Shown: positions 11,874 to 24,309, counted from the first letter of the stretch. The stretch is 64,000 nucleotides of DNA from Tubiluchus corallicola (GCA_030141605.1 JAQGDQ010000379.1:161673-225672); one strand, 5' to 3'. Translations and numbers: made by a program. The notes: generated from the sequence alone by a model not told the origin.

Positions 11874-14869
11874 TTCTTCCAACAATAAGAAATACAATTA
11901 AGTAATTGCAGAAGTCTATAAGTTGCTTGACAATTCTCCGAAAACTGAAATAAATGCAACAAAAATTAAGAAATACACTCCTACAAAACCAAAAACAACT
12001 TCATTCCAATTAATGAAGACATTTTAAGTAATTAATAATTTTCTTTTCTAATTACATTTAAGTATTTGAAGCCAGTAAGCAAAATGCTGAGTAACAGAAG
12101 TTTGCATGGAAAGTTTTTCCGGACATAGTTTAACATTTCCTTTTCATTCGCCGATTTACGTTGTGCTTATATGATGTCATGTAATGGCATGGTCGAAACA
12201 GTATTGCGGGAGATTTAAAAGGAAAATAAACAAAAATCCTTTCAACACAAGTATGCTATACGCATAAAATTGCTATAAAGTAAGAGAATTTTTAAGGCAA
12301 TTTTTCTGAAATCTACTTCAGGTACCTCTTTTCTTGTCCTTTAAATTCAATTAAATGCAAAAGTAACAGTACAGTGCGAATCAAAAATGTTACCATGCAT
12401 ATCTTATGTTTGATTGTCTTTTCAAAATAGGCAGAATTAACAATACATTGGGTCTGCAATATATACATGTTTTTTATGATGCCTCATTTCATTGTAATTG
12501 TTTGTCTTTTATACCCAATAAATCATATAAATCGTTGAATAAATTAAAATAAATGTTAATTATTTAACACATTCTTTTACATTAACATCCTATCGTCACA
12601 GGTCTGTAAAAACTGAATTTAAAATAACAAATGTATTATGCAACCATACCGTAGATTAGATTTAACTGCATACACAAGCATTCAAATGCAGTGCAAAAAC
12701 AAAAATTTCTCACTTAAGTCAGTAGTCGTTTACAACTTTTGCATGCTTGCAATAAGTATTTTACATCTTTAACCATAAATTAATTAAAATGCAAATGGTA
12801 TATCAAAACGGGACAACTGATATTAACTGACCTCATGACACTTAGAGTACTGTAATATCACATTTATGCTGCCGAAGAAACAGTTAATGAATGACGCAAC
12901 TTCACAAACATACCAAAATTTTAGAACTCAACACTGAAAATTTATGACAAGGACTAATTACATATTTGCACAGCAACCAAACGACCATTTATGTACATAG
13001 CATAAATAACACGTCTTAAAGCAGTTGCTCTAATTTGCAGTCCATTAGAAAATTTGATTATACTACAGCTGATTGTTGTTTCAAATGGTTACAGAACATG
13101 GCGCCTCATTTTCCCTCATAATCTTATCCAACTAGCTCGAAGAAGTCATTTGAAAGTAAAATATTGAGTCACCTTGGATAGACAGAAACTCATGATGTTC
13201 AGTGAAGTTTCAGATTTTTCAAAAACTTCACAGCTTCACAGACAAAATGCCAAACAAAATAGGACTGAACTGTTCTCAAACATGAAGACAGAAATTTAAC
13301 AAGAAATTATCAAATTATCACATACACATACTTAATAAACAAGATTACTAACTATTAAACAGGCCTATCTAAGGATTTTTATGTATAAAAGACAATATAT
13401 AAATACATGCAGCATTGTGCATTACAAAGACCGATATCGGTTACAAGAATTTAGTAGGAGATGTGAGAAATATAAAGAACCTACTTAAAAATGATCAAAA
13501 TATATACATGCAATTTTCAAACGTTAGAAATATTGATGAATTCACAAGCTTGCGAGTACAAAGATCTATGACAAAGGTTCTCTTATTCAAAATTTCTGTA
13601 AGTGAAAAACTGCAAATGCATAGTCAGGTGGGCCTTTTCTTCAAAATTGAAAAGTAGATACAAAAAGGCCCTACTGTTTAAGATTTGCTTCTTGTGTCTA
13701 CGTCTCTTTGGGTAGCTTTGCAAGTAGACCATCAGACACTTCTACGACAAATAAAAAGTAACAGGACAATTTCTCCCAACAGTAACAGGACAATTGTTCC
13801 CAATCGGCAACTGCACTAGAGAGTACAATCGACTCCTTCTATATTCACATCAATGCAACGCAAAGAGGAATCATTTCTTTATAGCAGTTACTGCAGCTAT
13901 TACTTGTCCAATTTTAGCTTGCACAGCTATACCCTATTATATATAGCACTAAGCAATTTATTACATAATCTAGTAGAACACATTATCTGCAGACATTGCT
14001 GGTTTTTGCTGTTTTGCTTAAAGTTTCAATGAATGTAACTGATGGACATTTGACAATGATGATCACCACCACTGAACATTTGCAGTTACTAAAAATGAAT
14101 ATGGCTGCACACTTTCTTGAATGAAAAGGTGACTCTCTTTAGTAGATTACTTAATATTGTTCTATTTTGCAATACAATTAGGCAATGAATTTGAGGTATA
14201 GTACTTCTACTTCGCCTACACTTATGAAGTGTATTAGGAGTATACTCAATTTTTTGAAAAGCATAGGATATACAATATTATTGTGAGATGGAATAATTAT
14301 ACTACATCTTTATGCACATGCAGCTGTGGCAAAATATAAAGTATGCAACATTCAACCAGTTCTAATCAGAGTTAAGTTTCCAGTACAGGGTGTCCACAAA
14401 GCCTTTTATTTTTTATGTTGCCTAAAAAATTAAGGTATTATGCTGTTATTCATGCTATGTATTGTATATACGTATATGTAAATACAAAAAAGGGGTACAA
14501 ATATTCTGTAATGGGGTTTGTTTCCAGCTCCAGCAATGTCGCTTAATGCATTTTCATTTTTTTTTCAGAATAAAAATTAATTAATACTTTTAGTCATTAG
14601 TACATTTAGTAGTACTAGTGGTGATTTAGAAATACTTGTTGAACTTACATGTGTTCAATTTTTATATAAAAATGCACTTGTTTGGTCTATTATGCACTAC
14701 ACTTTTTAGAAAGAGAATTTAAATGCTTTCCATTTTATCGTAGAAATGCAAGCGCATGCTTTCAGATTCTATGTAATTTAGTTTGGAGCCCCAGGGCCCA
14801 GGAAAATTGTTTCAAGAGGAATCCAGTGACATTCTGAATCTTGAGAAAGTGAGGAACTATAGGAATTTA

Positions 14870-15170
14870 TGTTGGTTGGCCTCTGGTTTTTGCTTTGGTG
14901 TGCATCTGGAACATTAGCTGTTTATTGATGTCACCGCTTCCCTTCACTATTCTAAAAGCTTGGACGGCGTCGCCTCTTCCCTTCACTATTCTAAAAGCTT
15001 GGACGGCGTCGTCTTTTCCCTTCGCTATTCTAAAGGGTTGAACAACGTCGTCGCCTCTTCCCTTCACTATTCTAAAAGCTTGGACGGCGTCGTCTTTTCC
15101 CTTCGCTATTCTAAAGGGTTGAACAACGTCGTCGCCTCTTCCCTTCACTATTCTAAAAGGGTGAATGAGA
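14870..15170 (-). repeat. Minisatellite of 39/42-bp units (81-bp higher-order repeat) derived from a CR1/L2-like ORF2 3' fragment
   Basis: Units cttcccttcactattctaaaagcttggacggcgtcgcct (39) and tttcccttcgctattctaaagggttgaacaacgtcgtcgcct (42); minus translation RGDAVQAFRIVKG..DINKQLMFQ..KTRG resembles the CR1 C-terminal RGDxIxxFKIxKG...TRGH motif. Confidence 0.65.
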
Positions 15171-17254
15171 TCTTATTGATTTCATCTGTATCTGAGTCTG
15201 TACTCAAAATAAATATATAATCTTTCATAATATGATCTTTCTGCTAACCCTGGCATACTTCTTGTTGCTTTCTTCACTGTATACTTTCTAATTTTCATAT
15301 CAATTCTTGTCAGTTGGATTCAAGATGACACCAAATAGTTGAATCATAGCTTGATACACATGGTTAACATTTTAGTGTCTATGTGCTTGATTTTATGGTA
15401 AAAAATATTGTCAATAGGCTTGAAAGGGATAAGAATAATTCCTGTTTGACATTTCATAGCAAAATCAATCTCCAGAAAAGTACTTATGTTGCTTTTCCAA
15501 TGTCAGCCATACTGCCGGACTGTCTAATTTCTTCTTTCAGTCACAAGTTTACCAAGCTATATACAAGTTTTTTTTTGGTTATCTAAAATTTCGTCAAAAC
15601 ATTGTTTTAGCAATGCCTACAAAGCTGACTGCTGCATATCGCACCAATGCATGCAAAGGGGATGGCTACAGATTTGGCAGATGATTCAGGTCACAAGCAT
15701 TGAGTGCAAAATTTTCACAACTTGTACCCTAACATGCAACTGTGTTAATCTCACTCATTCTACGTTCTCGTTGATAACTAATTTGGCTTCAACAGCTGAT
15801 TTGCCCTCACCATGTTTGCTTTTACTTTCATTGTGTGTAGCGAGGGCTGCTACAATGCACAACATATAACAAAAATTTAGAATGGCAACTTCACTAAAAG
15901 GATTTCATCCGCTGTGTAAGCAGCAGCACTGATTCATCACGCCTGTGAAAGGAACAGTGATGACTCTGACACAGTCTTATCCACAAAAATCTAGGATAGT
16001 ACTACTTTAGTGTTTTGCATTATATGCAGATTTTCTTGGATTCAAAGTCACATCACTGTGAACTCCTTTTCACTTTCATGAGAAAATTTTCTATCGTGAC
16101 AAACCGGTGCTTTGTGTTGATTAAAGCATCTGCGCGAACTCTTAATGGATAGACTTTGATGTGCAGATTTTCGGTCGCACAACAAAGTCAGATTATCGAA
16201 TGTTATTAGCAAGGCCAATAAAAGTTGTGACACTAAATTTAAATGTTCTCTGTCTTAGATTTAGACATACATACATGTGACGCAACAAAAAGTAACTACT
16301 AGTAGAACAAGTCACATCTTTATACCCTAAAAACTCATCTTTTTCTCTAAAACTCTCCCCGAACACTGCTAAGAATTTAAATATTTAAAATTCTGGGGGG
16401 AGTTAGTGCATTTATAAAATCAATAATATACTGAAATTAAATACATACAATAGAACACAGGTTAAAGTACAGCGATTATTTCATCCATAACTTGCTAAAA
16501 AGTCTTTGAAAAACCAGTAAAATGAAGAAGATGCATATGCTGGAGCCTTACCTATTTTCCAATAGTCTCACTTTTTGAAGAATGAATGTTATTCCTTTGA
16601 ACAACACCTCAGTCTGAGATAATTAACTGGATCTCATTAGTCAATTTAACACTGCAGACCTAAGTAAAGTAATTTGATGTTTCCATACTTGATGAATTAT
16701 TACAGATAGCACAATTACGTTAGCTGGAAACCTGCGCAGTAGTTTCGTAGCTTCCACACGGTATTCAATAACACAACATTTTATAATGCAAATTATCAAC
16801 TTCCAACACTAAGTTCGCATTCTTCGCGAGTTAGCTATCCAACCAACCATAACCGATAAACCCATATTATCTGTGGCGGCACCTATACACTGCATTGCTC
16901 ATTTACGCACAACGCTCATAGATAAAGGAGTAAACGACCGTCCCAGGGCTGGTACTTGGGGCACTAATTACTTATTACTAGGATGCGAGACAATTCAATA
17001 CAAACATTTGTGCACAAGATATTTCGCCACAAAACATTTGTACACTTGAGTATGCGTGCGTTGTTTGTTCACCACAGTATGTTATTCTTAAAAATGCTTT
17101 AGAAAAAACTCAATGGAGGTGTATTCGTTTATCAATCTAACTCTGTTTCTTCTCTTGAACAACATCGCGATACTATAGATCTTATTAACTGTTATAAAGT
17201 CATTAGTGATAGTTCTGTTTTGCACAGTCACAATTTTTTCTAGACTGCTATGTG

Positions 17255-17415
17255 ATTTAGATAGACACAATTCTAAATTATTTCTACAATACTCACACAC
17301 TAATATCAGAGCTCATATCTTCTCTTCTCATGTTGTGGACCCTTGGAATTCACTTCAGTAGTGAATCAGTTGATGCATCAAATCTGTCACAGTTTCGCAA
17401 ATTGTTGAGGAGAGA
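17255..17415 (+). mobile_element. CR1/L2 LINE 3' fragment
   Basis: Degenerate translation RHNSKLFLQYSHTNIRAHIFS..VVDPWNSL..VDASNLSQFRKLL fits the CR1 ORF2 C-terminal motif. Confidence 0.6.
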
Positions 17416-17754
17416 CCGTCAATAACCATGTTATGGTTATATTTATTTTTTTTATTTATTTTTTTTTATTTTTTTTTTTTTATTTTGTCAGATTTCACAG
17501 GCGTCGGATCTGTTCACCTGTGTGATTTTTGACTCGAGTCAAACTTGCCAAATTCCAAATTCTTCCGTAAAGATACGGAATCCGTCAATTCCGTGGGAAC
17601 TGGATTTCTCCAGACCCAACAAAACTCGCCTTTTCGATACCGTAAAGGTACGGTATCCACCGGCTACTCATAGAGTAGTCGGATTTCCCCTAGGTATAAA
17701 CCTTTCACACATTTGGATGTAAGAACTCGAGTGACATCCTGCGCAGGAGATGAC

Positions 17755-20700
17755 CTAGGTCTCCCTCCTTTGCCTTCCCAGGAACTTTCTAAACACCATA
17801 CATGAGCCTCTAATCACCGAGCGGACTAGTTTGGCTCTGACGTTCAGAAGACCGAGTGTCTTCAGGAGAACGTCGTTCTCTCCTCCTGCCCATTCCCCAC
17901 GAAAGCCCACACAGATGCCGTGCGACGAGGCAGTGGCAGAGCCGCACCGCTGTTTGACGGCATCGAGGATCGGTTCGTACTTCAGGGCCTTGTCCCTGCA
18001 CCTGGCCCTAAGCGAGTAGATGTTTCCTGCTGCCGAGATGGTCGGATCGATAACGTACGTATGACCACCTTTGGTCGCCAGGATGTCTGGGTGGTACCTT
18101 GTTCTGTTGATCTCGAACCAAGGTTCCCTGACGACCGTAAAGCCCTGCCCCTTCAAGGCTTCGGCGAGCACCTCGCACAGTGCATTGTGCCTTCGTGATA
18201 TGGCATTGTTTACTGTTATGCACTGTTGAAGTACGTGAACCTGACTCTCTGCATGTCTCCCGCACCTGCGACATCTCCTGATTGCATTGGGTTGTCCTCT
18301 CGTGGTGTTAACTCTAACTGGTAGAGAGTTGGTGATCATCTTGAGAACCAAGATATAATCACCCCCGCTCAGGAGTGTGCTGCTACGTAGGTAATGGGTA
18401 CTCAGTGGGTCAGCAGACACGGCTGCAAAACCCTTCCCATGCACTTTACCGTTGAATGCCGATAGATGTTTGCGATCGTTATCCCTTTTTGCACGATTTA
18501 TGTCTTTTGCGTTACTGTAGGCTTCGAGGCTCGCCACCCTCTTAGCCCACGCAAGCTCCCTATTCCACACTGGAGCAGATGCACTCATGTTCACCAGCGG
18601 ATCTGGTGAGGCCTGCAATCGGCTGAGCATCTTGACTTTCATCAAAGGAACATCCTTTTCAAGACAAGAAAATCCCAGCCCTCCCTTCTTCATTGGCATG
18701 TAGAAGAATGCATTCGGGACATCCGTCGCCATATGAAGTATACGTTTTAGGCTTGATCTTATAAGCCTGTCTGCTCCCTTGAGGCCATTCATATGAACCT
18801 CACATATACGGAAGTGGTATGTCAGACGCGGAATCACATATTGTCTGATCATATCCACCTTTTGTTGAGGTTTGAGTGGTGCCCCTTCCACTCTTATAAG
18901 CCATGCTTTAAGGGACTTGGTGTCCATGGTGGGTCGTCCCTTAGCAGTCATAGGAATTCCCAGGTATTTGTATGCGTCACTGACTCCCAGCATTGGAATA
19001 GGAGTCTGGCTGATCTCCCATGTGGGTTCTATTAGCACTTTCATAGCCTTTCGTCGGTATGCCTTGACTAGTCTCATGGCTTTGCATTTGTTGGCGTTTA
19101 AAGCCATGCCTCGTTTCGTGAAGAAGCCATTGGCTGTCTCCAGCAAAACTCCCATGCCATGTTTTGAGCCTGACATTAGGACTAGGTCGTCGGCAAAACC
19201 AACTATAGCCACTTGGTGCTCGTCGATCCCATAGCCAAATCGAGAACCGACTTTCGAGATCAGTTCGTCGATTACCAGGTTGAAAAGCAGGGGTGATAGC
19301 GGGCATCCCTGCTTAACACCTGACGTGATGCTAATACGGCGGGTATTTGCTTCCGGTATCGATATCCGTGTAGCAGCACCCGTATACATATCCCCAATGA
19401 TTTGCTGAACCTGCTCTGGAAGGCCGAACCTTCGCATTGCCCTCACGATCGAGGTGTGAGGAACCGTGTCGAACGCCTTTGCTAAGTCGAGGAATGCGAT
19501 GTTTAATTCCCTATGACTTGCTCGGCCATGCCGAATCACGGTGTTTAGGAGAGTCAGGTTTTCGGAACAGCCGTCTCTTGGTTGGAAGGCTCTCTGGAGT
19601 GGGTTGAGCTTGACCGTTGCCTGGATTCTGGTGGTTAGAATCTTGGCATACCACCTGAGCAATAAGGATCCGATTGTGATAGGCCGCCAGTTACTGACGT
19701 CCTGCAAGCCCTCAGCAGACTTGGGGAGGAGGGTGGTACGGCATTCCTTCAGGCTGTTTGGGACCTTCTTTAGGAATTGCCATACCTTGAAGACAAGGGT
19801 TATCGCACCCTTGTTTGTGGTTTGGTGTTGTGTTGTGGTTTTGGTTTTGTTGGTGTGTTGGTGTGTGTGTTGTGGGGTGGTTTGTTTGGTGTGGGGTTGG
19901 TTTTGTGTGGGTTGTTTTGGGTGGTTTGGGTTTGTTGGGTTTGGTGGTGGTTCCCTGCTTAACACCTGACGTGATGCTAATACGGCGGGTATTTGCTTCC
20001 GGTATCGATATCCGTGTAGCAGCACCCGTATACATATCCCCAATGATTTGCTGAACCTGCTCTGGAAGGCCGAACCTTCGCATTGCCCTCACGATCGAGG
20101 TGTGAGGAACCGTGTCGAACGCCTTTGCTAAGTCGAGGAATGCGATGTTTAATTCCCTATGACTTGCTCGGGCATGCCGAATCACGGTGTTTAGGAGAGT
20201 CAGGTTTTCGGAACAGCCGTCTCTTGGTTGGAAGGCTCTCTGGAGTGGGTTGAGCTTGACCGTTGCCTGGATTCTGGTGGTTAGAATCTTGGCATACCAC
20301 CTGAGCAATAAGGATCCGATTGTGATAGGCCGCCAGTTACTGACGTCCTGCAAGCCCTCAGCAGACTTGGGGAGGAGGGTGGTACGGCATTCCTTCAGGC
20401 TGTTTGGGACCTTCTTTAGGAATTGCCATACCTTGAAGACAAGGGTTATCGCACCCTTGCTTACCCTCCGGAGGGCTTGCATCGTGACCCCCCTATCCGG
20501 ACCAGGAGACGAATTGGACTTCATGGCTTTGAATGTTTTTGCCACTTCCTCTTGTGCTATGGGAGCACAGAGGCTGTCTGGATCTTCACACGGTTTGAAG
20601 TCCTCGATGGGTTCGTCGTCCGGTAGGGAAGGTTTCTCGAATCTCTGGATGTACGTTTGCTCTATGCAGTCGATGGGAGGATACTTGACTTCCAGGGGTG

Positions 20701-20846
20701 CATCATCGAGTATGACGTTCGCAAGCTTGCGTCTATCTCTTTGATACAGTCTCTGGTACGTCTTATACCTTTCCCTCCTGCGTTTTTGGCGGTTAGCGGG
20801 TCGATCGGGAGCTCTCCTAACAGGACGAGGTCTTAGAGTTCGCAAG
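17755..20846 (-). CDS. R2-type reverse transcriptase / CCHC / restriction-like endonuclease ORF, frameshifted by an internal duplication
   Basis: ORFs 19712-20914 and 17755-20043: SPGPD, WRPITIGS, FLDLAKAFD, GVKQGCPLSPLLFN, FADD, YKYLG, CRRCGRHAESQVHVLQQC, RHN..PDIL..VIDPTI. No internal stops; deleting the 646-nt duplication plus spacer restores one frame. Confidence 0.85.
19306..20459. repeat. 508-bp direct duplication (19306-19813 and 19952-20459) around a 138-nt G/T-only spacer (19814-19951)
   Basis: Copies look identical except one substitution noticed (ctcggcc vs ctcgggc); spacer contains only G and T. Confidence 0.95.
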
Positions 20847-21516
20847 CTAGTTACTTTGAACTCATGAGTCATTTTGACACATAGGTAATTTGGACACAAG
20901 ACGTTTAGACACATGGTTCATTTGAGTACAATGTAATTAGAATGCTTGAACACATAGCTATTTGGATGGAGGTATTTTGAACACAAGGCTATTCCTGCAT
21001 TGCTATGCACTGTAATTTTCACTCATTATACCGATTGTCTGTGAAAAGTGCTGCTACCATAAAACTTCAAGAATAGGGTATAACCAAATAGGCAATTTTG
21101 CTAAATGGTACGATCTCCCAGTTGAATCCACCTAGTATCTTTGGTGTCTAAACACTTAATGTAATCAAATGAGCTATTATATGTCTAAATATCCTGTTTT
21201 TTACCTATTGTCCAAATGTCCTATGTGTCCTAAACCCCTAGTGTCTAAACAGCTTACGTGTACAAATAACCTACATAATCAAGTCATCATGTGTCCAAAT
21301 GTCCTGTGTGTCCAAATTTACCTTGTGTTCAGATGTCCTATGCATCCAAATTACCTTGTGTCCAAATGTCCTATAATATATATGTGTCCAAATCATCTTG
21401 TGTCCAAACTAGTCTCACCTAATGTCTAAATAGTCTATGTGTCCAAATTACTTTGCATCCACGTGTCCAAAATATTTGTGTTGAAATAGTCAATATGTCT
21501 AAAACCCCTGTAACCA
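20847..21516. mobile_element. Foldback-like non-autonomous element with 16-bp modular arms (same family as 1730-2125)
   Basis: Inverted units (tttggacacaag) at 20850-20990, direct units (tgtccaaatgtcc) at 21180-21510; right end tgtaacca; candidate left end tggttata at 17434-17441 on the far side of the R2. Confidence 0.65.
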
Positions 21517-21520
21517 TTAA

Positions 21521-21835
21521 TAGGGGTGAGCATTCTAAGCCAGAAAGCGAATTCGAATCAGATAGAATTTGCGACTTTCAAACTTTAATCAAACCAAATT
21601 TCGAATTAAATCGAACTCAGTTTTAAAGATATTCGATAAATGTCTAATAAATAATAAAAAATGTCTCACAAAGATCATGCATATTATTTGATTTTATTCT
21701 GCAGGAAAAACATTAATAATTTGTTTAAAAGTTTTGCACAGTAATTGCAGCTAAATTGTGCTGGTTGTATAATGGCTCAAATGTTTTGATGATAAAGAAT
21801 GTATGTAGCTGAATGGTTGAATTATTTGAATCAAC
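21521..21835. mobile_element. hAT-type MITE, partial second copy inverted relative to 10522-10872
   Basis: Starts TAGGGGTGAGCA; internal segments are reverse complements of 10610-10870. Confidence 0.7.
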
Positions 21836-22075
21836 TGTTGTTGTTGACGTCGCCATCGTCGTCGTCCTAGCTGTTGAAAGTTGTTGTTGTGGTGGTGGTC
21901 GTCCTGTGTTGTTATTGTTGTCATCATCGTCGTCATTGTCACCACTGCCGTCGCTGCTGTTGTTACTACTGCTTGCTCTTGTTGTTATTATCATGACTGT
22001 TATTATAGCAGTTGTTGTTATTACTATTATGATCATCACTACCAATCTACCACCATCGCCACAGTTCATCGTTTT
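21836..22075. repeat. Degenerate trinucleotide microsatellite (GTT/GTC/ATT/ATC)
   Basis: Directly visible; produces low-complexity ORFs on both strands. Confidence 0.85.
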
Positions 22076-24309
22076 CATCAATATTATTCGACAATTATTA
22101 GTACTTTTATCATTGTTCGTATATCGCACTGTAGGCGTTTCGCTTGTCCAGCGCTGTTACATTTCTGATGTTATGCGCTGTTAAACCATTAGTTTAACAG
22201 GTGTGTGTGTGCGTGCATGTGCGTGTGTGTGCCACCCAAAATTTGAATATGCTCTAACCTGAGCTTACAAAAAGCAACGCCTGCACTATAAGGCGAATTG
22301 GGCAGTGGACAATTTGAGATCTGCCTCTGCCTTCTCAGATTTTCGAGTTCCCACTGCCCTAATGCAAATGTGAGAGTTTCGTAAATGCTCTCGATAGATA
22401 ATTAAGTGTCTTTTGTGCTTTTATAAATGATGTATAGTCAATGTTCTGTGAAATCTGAGAATATCTGTCCCATTTTTAGAATGTTACTATTTTTAGAAAG
22501 CCTAGGTATAGTCTTGTTTGCTTTTTTGTGAAATCGAATGAAGTACTTATTTATTTTACTTTATTTCACCTTCACTAAAATGTGCATTAAAAATAAATTA
22601 TTAAACATGAATGTGGGGAGAGACGTAAAGAGATAAGTTGCTTACACACGCCTATCACAGACAAGCCATTATCAAATTTCAAAAACTTCAATCTGTATTG
22701 GAAAAGTTCAGAATTGCCTGCAGTAACCAATTAAAAATACACTATTTACTGAACTGTGTACGGAATTTCATACTTGAACAACACGGTTGGAGAAGAAAAA
22801 CCCAAAACCTTTTTTATTCGTTTTTCGAACATACATCTTGCGACCTTTGGGTACTTTTTGTCCTATCAGTGAGAGCTCTTGTAAAAAAAATTTTCGGGAT
22901 CTAAATCAACATCCCTACGCATTATTTCATAACACATGACCAGATCGTTTAGTAATTGTCTTTTCTCTAACGATCGTAAATGAAGGGTTTTGAGCCTTTC
23001 TAGATAGGTTTCCGACAATTATTACATCAATCGTTCATAAAGTTTTTAGCTCTTACATTTACTAATCCTATACGTATGAATAATTTTATAATTTTCTCTA
23101 TTGCATTGTATGGTATTATACTTTTTAATTTCTTATATTTGTATTTCATATGATCTTAGCTTAGCTACTGGAGTAAAATTTCAATTGAATTGAATTGAAT
23201 AGTTAAAATCTTTTTACTTTAGCATTGGCCAGCAATTCACTGAGATAGCTAAAAATGTTAGTGTTAGCGTAATCCATTATACGCCTTTTTCGACACACAG
23301 AAATACAGCTATTTTTAAGAACCTTACTGAACCCTTGTACAAAACAAAATAGAAAGTGCATAGGTAGCGCATAACGAAGCTGAGGGTAAGCCACCATGAT
23401 TTTGAAACAGAACGAGGAAGATACTGTACTCAAATACGCTTCTTCAGGAAAGACTATGCTATTACTGCAACAACTCCAGTAATGGTACTAAAATAGAAGA
23501 CAGATCTATATTTTATTTTTAATTGCTGTCTAATAGCACATGTACGAAAAGAAAATATACAGCCTGTCGTTCTGCAGTAATAACACTATTTCACTTTCGT
23601 GGCTGCTCAATTGCAATTATAGCACTGATCTCATCCTCTTTGGTGAATTCACTCTTAAAAACTTCAAATTAATAAATCAATCTCTGTGAAACAGCAAAAA
23701 GTACTGGCTGCTATATTCATGTCAGTGAAATGTAAATGAGCATTCATTGTAATTTTGTGAGTTGTCGTGGTCGCTATAATGTTATCTTTTTAACTAGTAG
23801 TTGCTGGCATTATCATCATTATGTAATTTATGTTGATAGTCAGTCTTTGCATCAGAGTAATGTAGTATAAACTTATGTAAATACTGTATCATCCTACAAT
23901 AAAATTTTGTTGTATTTTGTGAAGTTTATATTTTTCTTTAATTATAAATTGCATTTTCTATCTGTACTGCCAATTACCAAAGTGAAAAAGTACTAGTATA
24001 CCTGAAATGGTATTTCTGGAAATAAACTAAAATGAATTGATAAATACGCGGAAATTTTTGTAACTGAAGACTTCTGCCATTGGTTCACTATTTATTGTAA
24101 AAAAAAAGCGAAACTCGAAATTTGTGGCCAAGACTACTGGGTCCCTGGTTTTATAATAGTGGAGCTTAAAGATATAGCAGGTGTGTGTGAAGAAAAAATA
24201 TGTAGGCGAGTAAGATAAATAAGCTCTTATTTAGAGCTTATCGTATTTTTGCGTTTATTATCGATGCTTATTTTAAATTTCGTTGCCAATGCTCACAATA
24301 TAACTATAA

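Larger units (their letters stand above)
17442..20846 (-). mobile_element. R2-clade (RLE) non-LTR retrotransposon, 5'-truncated, A-rich tail, not in rDNA
   Basis: A-rich tail 17442-17486; 3'UTR 17487-17754; ORF with R2-typical RRERYKTYQRLYQRDR and APLKPQQK motifs, RT, CCHC knuckle and restriction-like endonuclease; GC-rich relative to flanks; no 28S sequence on either side. Confidence 0.9.

Noticed and set aside
14935-15160. CRISPR-like appearance of 39/42-bp repeats
   Set aside because: Contiguous tandem units without unique spacers, no cas genes, eukaryotic context.
19814-19951. G/T tract as a telomere insertion or a two-colour miscall of adjacent R2 sequence
   Set aside because: No TTAGG(G) periodicity; converting A to T and C to G in the expected flanking R2 sequence does not reproduce the tract.
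17810-20744. Antisense and alternative-frame ORFs over the R2
   Set aside because: Shadow ORFs of a GC-rich coding region with no independent motifs.
20847-20875. 28S-target-like words AGTAACTA and ATGACTC at the R2 5' junction
   Set aside because: Wrong order relative to 28S and explained by degenerate 16-bp minisatellite units.
21725-22184. Overlapping low-complexity ORFs on both strands
   Set aside because: Degenerate microsatellite.
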